64,000 bases of DNA from Mobula hypostoma (taxonomy: Eukaryota), in the NCBI RefSeq assembly GCF_963921235.1, contig NC_086097.1, forward strand, positions 217,622,001 to 217,686,000. Reading direction: 5' to 3'. Made by a program: the position numbers and the translations under genes. A model generated the notes under the pieces. That model saw nothing but the letters and a program-made list of their open reading frames with translations. It was not told the origin of the DNA and made no database searches. Positions 61,894 through 64,000 of the stretch are shown piece by piece. Within the stretch, counting starts at the first letter, position 1. Every line of letters begins with the position of its first letter.

Positions 61894-63967
61894 AACTAAA
61901 GGAAGAGTGAGTAAGGGATTTGAAAGTTGGAGGGGGAGATCCAAAATGATAGGAGAAGACAGGAGGGGAAGACAGGTGGGGCAGGAGCAAGCTGAGACAA
62001 TAGGTCGGCCAGGACAGGCAGGTTTGTGGATCTTGGGTAGGAGGTAGAAACGGGAAGTGCGGGGTGTGGGAACTATAAGGTTGGTAGCAGTGGATGGGAG
62101 ATCCCCTGAGCGGATAAAGTCGGTGATGGTGTGGGAGACAATGGCCTGGTGCTCCTTTCCATCCCCCACCAGGAAGGTTGCCCCACCGAACTCGTTTCTG
62201 CATACCTCGACACGGTTTTATCCCCCCCATTCAATCCCTTCCTACCTATGTTCGTGACACTTCTCACACTCTTAAACTTTTCGATGATTTTAAGTTCCCT
62301 GGCCCCCACCACTTTATTTTCACCATGGATGTCCAGTCCCTATATATTTCCATCCCCCATCAGGAAGGTCTCAAAGCTCTACGCTTCTTTTTGGATTCCA
62401 GACCTAATCAGTTCCCCTCTACCACCACTCTGCTCCGTCTAGCGGAATTAGTCCTTACTCTTAATAATTTCTCCTTTGGCTCCTCCAACTTCCTCCAAAC
62501 TAAAGGTGTAGCTATGGGTCCTCGCTATGCCTGCCTTTTTGTTGGCTTTGTGGAACAATCTATGTTCCGTGCCTATTCTGGTATCTGTCCCCCACTTTTC
62601 CTTCGCTACATCGACGACTGCATTGGTGCTCCTTCCTGCACGCATGCAGAGCTCGTTGACTTTATTAACTTTGCCTCCAACTTTCACCCTGCCCTCAAGT
62701 TTACCTGGTCCATTTCCGACACCTCCCTCCCCTTTCTAGATCTTTCTGTCTCTGTCTCTGGAGACAGCTTATCCACTGATGTCTACTATAAGCCTACTGA
62801 CTCTCACAGCTATCTGGACTATTCCTCTTCTCGCCCTGTCTCTTGCAAAAATGCCATCCCCTTCTCGCAATTCCTCCGTCTCCGCCGCATCTGCTCTCAG
62901 GATGAGGCTTTTCATTCTAGGACGAGGGAGATGTCTTCCTTTTTTAAAGAAAGGGGCTTCCCTTCCTCCACTATCAACTCTGCTCTTAAATGCATCTTCC
63001 CCATTTCACGTACATCTGCTCTCACTCCATCCTCCCGCCACCCCACTAGGAATAGGGTTCCCCTGGTCCTCACCTACCACCCCACCAGCCTCCGGGTCCA
63101 ACATATAATTCTCCGTAACTTCTGCCACCTCCAACGGGATCCCACCACTAAGCACATCTTTCCCTCCCCCCTCTCTGCATTCTGCAGGGATCGCTCCCTA
63201 CGCGACTCCCTTGTCCATTCGACCCCCCATCCCTCCCCACTGATCTCCCTCCTGGCATTTATCCGTATAAGCAGAACAAGTGCTACACATGCCCTTACAC
63301 TTCCTCCCTACCTCCCTTACTCAGGGCCCCAAACAGTCCTTCCAGGTGAGGCAACACTTCACCTGTGAATCGGCTGGGGTGATATACTGCGTCCGGTGCT
63401 CCCGATGTGGCCTTTTATATATTGGCGAGACCTGACGCAGACTGGGAGACTGCTTTGCTGAACACCTATGCTCTGTCTGCCAGAGAAAGCAGGATCTCCC
63501 AGTGGCCACATATTTTAATTCCACATCCCATTCCCATTCTGACATGTCTATCCACGGCCTCCTCTACTGTAAAGATGAAGCCACACTCAAGTTGGAGGAA
63601 CAACACTCTATATTCCGTCTGGGTAGCCTCCAACCTGATGGCATGAACATCGACTTCTCTAACTTCCGCTAATGCCCCACCTCCCCCTCGTACCCCATCT
63701 GTTACTTATTTTTATACACACATTCTTTCTCTCACTCTCCTTTTTCTCCCTCTGTCCCTCTGAATATACCCCTTGCCCATCCTCTGGGTCCCCCCCCACC
63801 GCCGTCTTTCTTCCCGGACCTCCTGTCCCATGATCCTCTCGTATCCCTTTTGCCAATCACTTGTCCAGCTCTTGGCTCCATCCCTCCCCCTCCTGTCTTC
63901 TCCTATCATTTTGGATCTCCCTCTCCCCCTCCAACTTTCAAATCCCTTACTCACTCTTCCTTCAGTT

Positions 63968-64000
63968 AGTCCTGACGAAGGGTCTCGGCCTGAAATGTCG
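63968..64000 (+). ncRNA. Minimal hammerhead motif, cut off by the window end
   Basis: AGTC-CTGACGA-AGGGTCTCGGCCT-GAAA-T-GTC-G, with a C>T change in helix III. Confidence 0.65.

Larger units (their letters stand above)
61795..64000 (+). mobile_element. Penelope-like element with inverted 5' segment; runs off window
   Basis: RT (YIDD) at 62178-63368, then frameshifted GIY-YIG to 63672 and a terminal repeat to the window end. 61795-62156 is the same family in the opposite orientation. Confidence 0.93.

Overview
Eukaryotic, repeat-dense vertebrate DNA. The repeat content (CR1, Neptune-type Penelope, Rex1/Babar, V-SINE) suggests a cartilaginous fish, probably a ray; this is inference. Host genes: (1) the last seven coding exons of MCMDC2 on the + strand (1590-26206), with phase-consistent GT-AG introns; (2) a box C/D snoRNA SNORD87/U87 on the - strand (59653-59733), a diverged paralog-like copy (50841-50919), and candidate non-coding host (SNHG6-like) exons. 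This matches the human MCMDC2-SNHG6 gene order. The rest is mostly transposable elements. These include one full-length CR1 LINE with intact ORFs (43722-48248), two young Penelope-like elements whose terminal repeats carry minimal hammerhead-ribozyme motifs, a degraded R2-type RT remnant outside rDNA, Tigger/pogo relics, SINEs and a multi-level nested insertion. Best leads: a U_UUA_AAC slippery site in the tiny CR1 ORF1/ORF2 overlap, where ORF2 has no usable AUG (candidate -1 ribosomal frameshift); loop-less, probably dimer-dependent hammerheads in the Penelope termini; the off-target R2 fossil; and the SNORD87 paralog with a rewritten guide. All homology calls are from reading the sequence and from memory, not database searches, and the boundaries of old repeats are approximate.
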